From positions 1 through 44,908 of the IMG/VR virus record IMGVR_UViG_3300048796_000033: a DNA stretch of 44,908 bases, one strand, 5' to 3'. Made by a program: the position numbers and the translations under genes. Positions 43,690 through 44,908 of this stretch are shown in pieces. How positions within the stretch are numbered: the stretch's first letter is position 1; each line of letters opens with the position of its first letter. The notes beneath the pieces were generated by a model. That model saw only the letters and a program-made list of their open reading frames with translations. It was not told the origin of the DNA and made no database searches. The DNA comes from a virus. Its lineage: Duplodnaviria > Caudoviricetes.

Positions 43690-44908
43690 TCGACCCCCGG
43701 TATGGTTGCAGGGTCTTGGTCGCCCGGCGTGATAGTCGGGGCAATGTCAGCCGGCGTTGGCGGGTTATCCTCTAGCTCTTGAATCTCTTCATCGCTAATA
43801 TGCGTAAAGATACCGGTCGAGCGTGACGACTGGCGCAGCTCTTTTGCGGCTGTCGCTGCCGTGATAATGCTTGCCGATTCTGCGGCGGTGATCGCGTCTG
43901 TCGTGGTCTTAGCAACAGTTGCCTTTTGCTCGGCGTTCATCTGCCAGAGCGGTACAAACTCAAATTCAAACCCTGGGGGAAGTGACTTACCTAATTCCGA
44001 ACGGTGCAAGACCGGTAAAATTTGAGCGCCTAGGCCGGGCCGCAACTTCGCGTCCTGACTTGCCGCAACGCCGTCATAATATGTGATCAGGTCCGACTCC
44101 CCCGTGGAATTCATGCCGGCCGGTGACTGGCCGAACAGACGCACGAGCGGTATTTGTGTCGCGCCCGCCAATTGCTGCCCGAACTGTAAGAGCATGTCTG
44201 ACAAACCCGCAAAAGTATACGCGTGCGTTTCGAACGTATCGGCGCCGTCAATAAGGGTCAACCCTTCGTTCGTTTGGAACGTACGCATCATCTCGACTTG
44301 CTTAACCAGCCCCTCTAACGCACGTCCCCCGCCGGCCACAATCTCGCGGAAGCCTGGTATTTTGAGCGTACGTAAATGGGCCTTGAAGACGAGCTGTGCG
44401 GCGCCCTCGGTCGTACTGTCGAAGGCAACCACGCGGTCCCATAAGCGCTCGAGGACAGACTGACCCCAACCGTTCTCGGCCAGACGTTGACGAAACGGGA
44501 GTTCTAAGCCGTCCATTCGGACGACGCGGGAATAGTGGATATTTTGGCCGATCAGTGCTTGTGCGGCCGGGGTGACTGTGTAGAACTTAGGGCGCCCGAG
44601 GTCCGGTCCGAATTCAGTAACGAGATTGGATAGGCTCGGCGTAATCTGCCAGCGATCAAACGCTAACAACCCCTTGAACTGACCTTTGCCGATTGAGTCA
44701 ATACGTAAGGGGGTGGACAAGTCTTGGCCATCTATCAGCATGACGACGACGGCACCCCCATACAGGCGCGACCATTTGATACCGTTCGCCAAGCCCTCCC
44801 ATAGGCGCATACGCTCGAACGCGGCGTGCAGCGCCTTGCCGTCGTCCGGACTTACGTCGTCGCTCAGAAAGTCAATTCCGGCACGGGTCATGTCCTGCGC
44901 GACCACGT
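43686..44908 (-). CDS. Portal protein (DUF1073-like), C-terminal part
   Basis: WSRLYGG, IHYSRV, IPLVRLFGQSPAGMNSTGESD and FVPLWQ motifs. Confidence 0.92.
   Translation of the reverse strand, partial: VVAQDMTRAGIDFLSDDVSPDDGKALHAAFERMRLWEGLANGIKWSRLYGGAVVVMLIDGQDLSTPLRIDSIGKGQFKGLLAFDRWQITPSLSNLVTEFGPDLGRPKFYTVTPAAQALIGQNIHYSRVVRMDGLELPFRQRLAENGWGQSVLERLWDRVVAFDSTTEGAAQLVFKAHLRTLKIPGFREIVAGGGRALEGLVKQVEMMRTFQTNEGLTLIDGADTFETHAYTFAGLSDMLLQFGQQLAGATQIPLVRLFGQSPAGMNSTGESDLITYYDGVAASQDAKLRPGLGAQILPVLHRSELGKSLPPGFEFEFVPLWQMNAEQKATVAKTTTDAITAAESASIITAATAAKELRQSSRSTGIFTHISDEEIQELEDNPPTPADIAPTITPGDQDPATIPGVD
44782..44908. repeat. Terminal direct repeat, copy 2
   Basis: Identical to 1-127. Confidence 0.95.

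Noticed and set aside
44782-44908. 127-bp terminal repeat as a biological DTR
   Set aside because: The length matches a common assembler k-mer and it falls mid-portal, so it is most likely a circularisation overlap

Overview
This is a complete, circularly assembled tailed-phage genome of about 44,781 bp. Positions 1-127 repeat exactly at 44782-44908, and the junction falls inside the portal gene. The virion module is on the minus strand and is myovirus-type: TerS/TerL, DUF1073-like portal, gpF, DUF2213 protease/scaffold, DUF2184-like capsid, sheath, tube, a -1 frameshifting chaperone, tape measure, baseplate and fibre. The replication module has a PrimPol-SF3 helicase, SF2 helicase, VRR-NUC, Cas4-like nuclease, SSB-like protein and family A polymerase, which from recall resembles Jedunavirus/MSW-3-like phages. 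I see no integrase or CI repressor. The most unusual locus is 9761-11263, a C5 cytosine methyltransferase. Its +1 frame carries a separate TRD/motif-IX subunit with four W-x-T-P modules, followed directly by a fully nested HNH endonuclease with an early amber codon, while the MTase frame stays open across both. Other highlights are two promoter-operator classes with palindromes, a shared late-promoter motif, a palindrome-rich candidate origin, two structured intergenic RNAs and a class-3 lipase in the lysis cassette. All family assignments come from motif recognition, not database searches.
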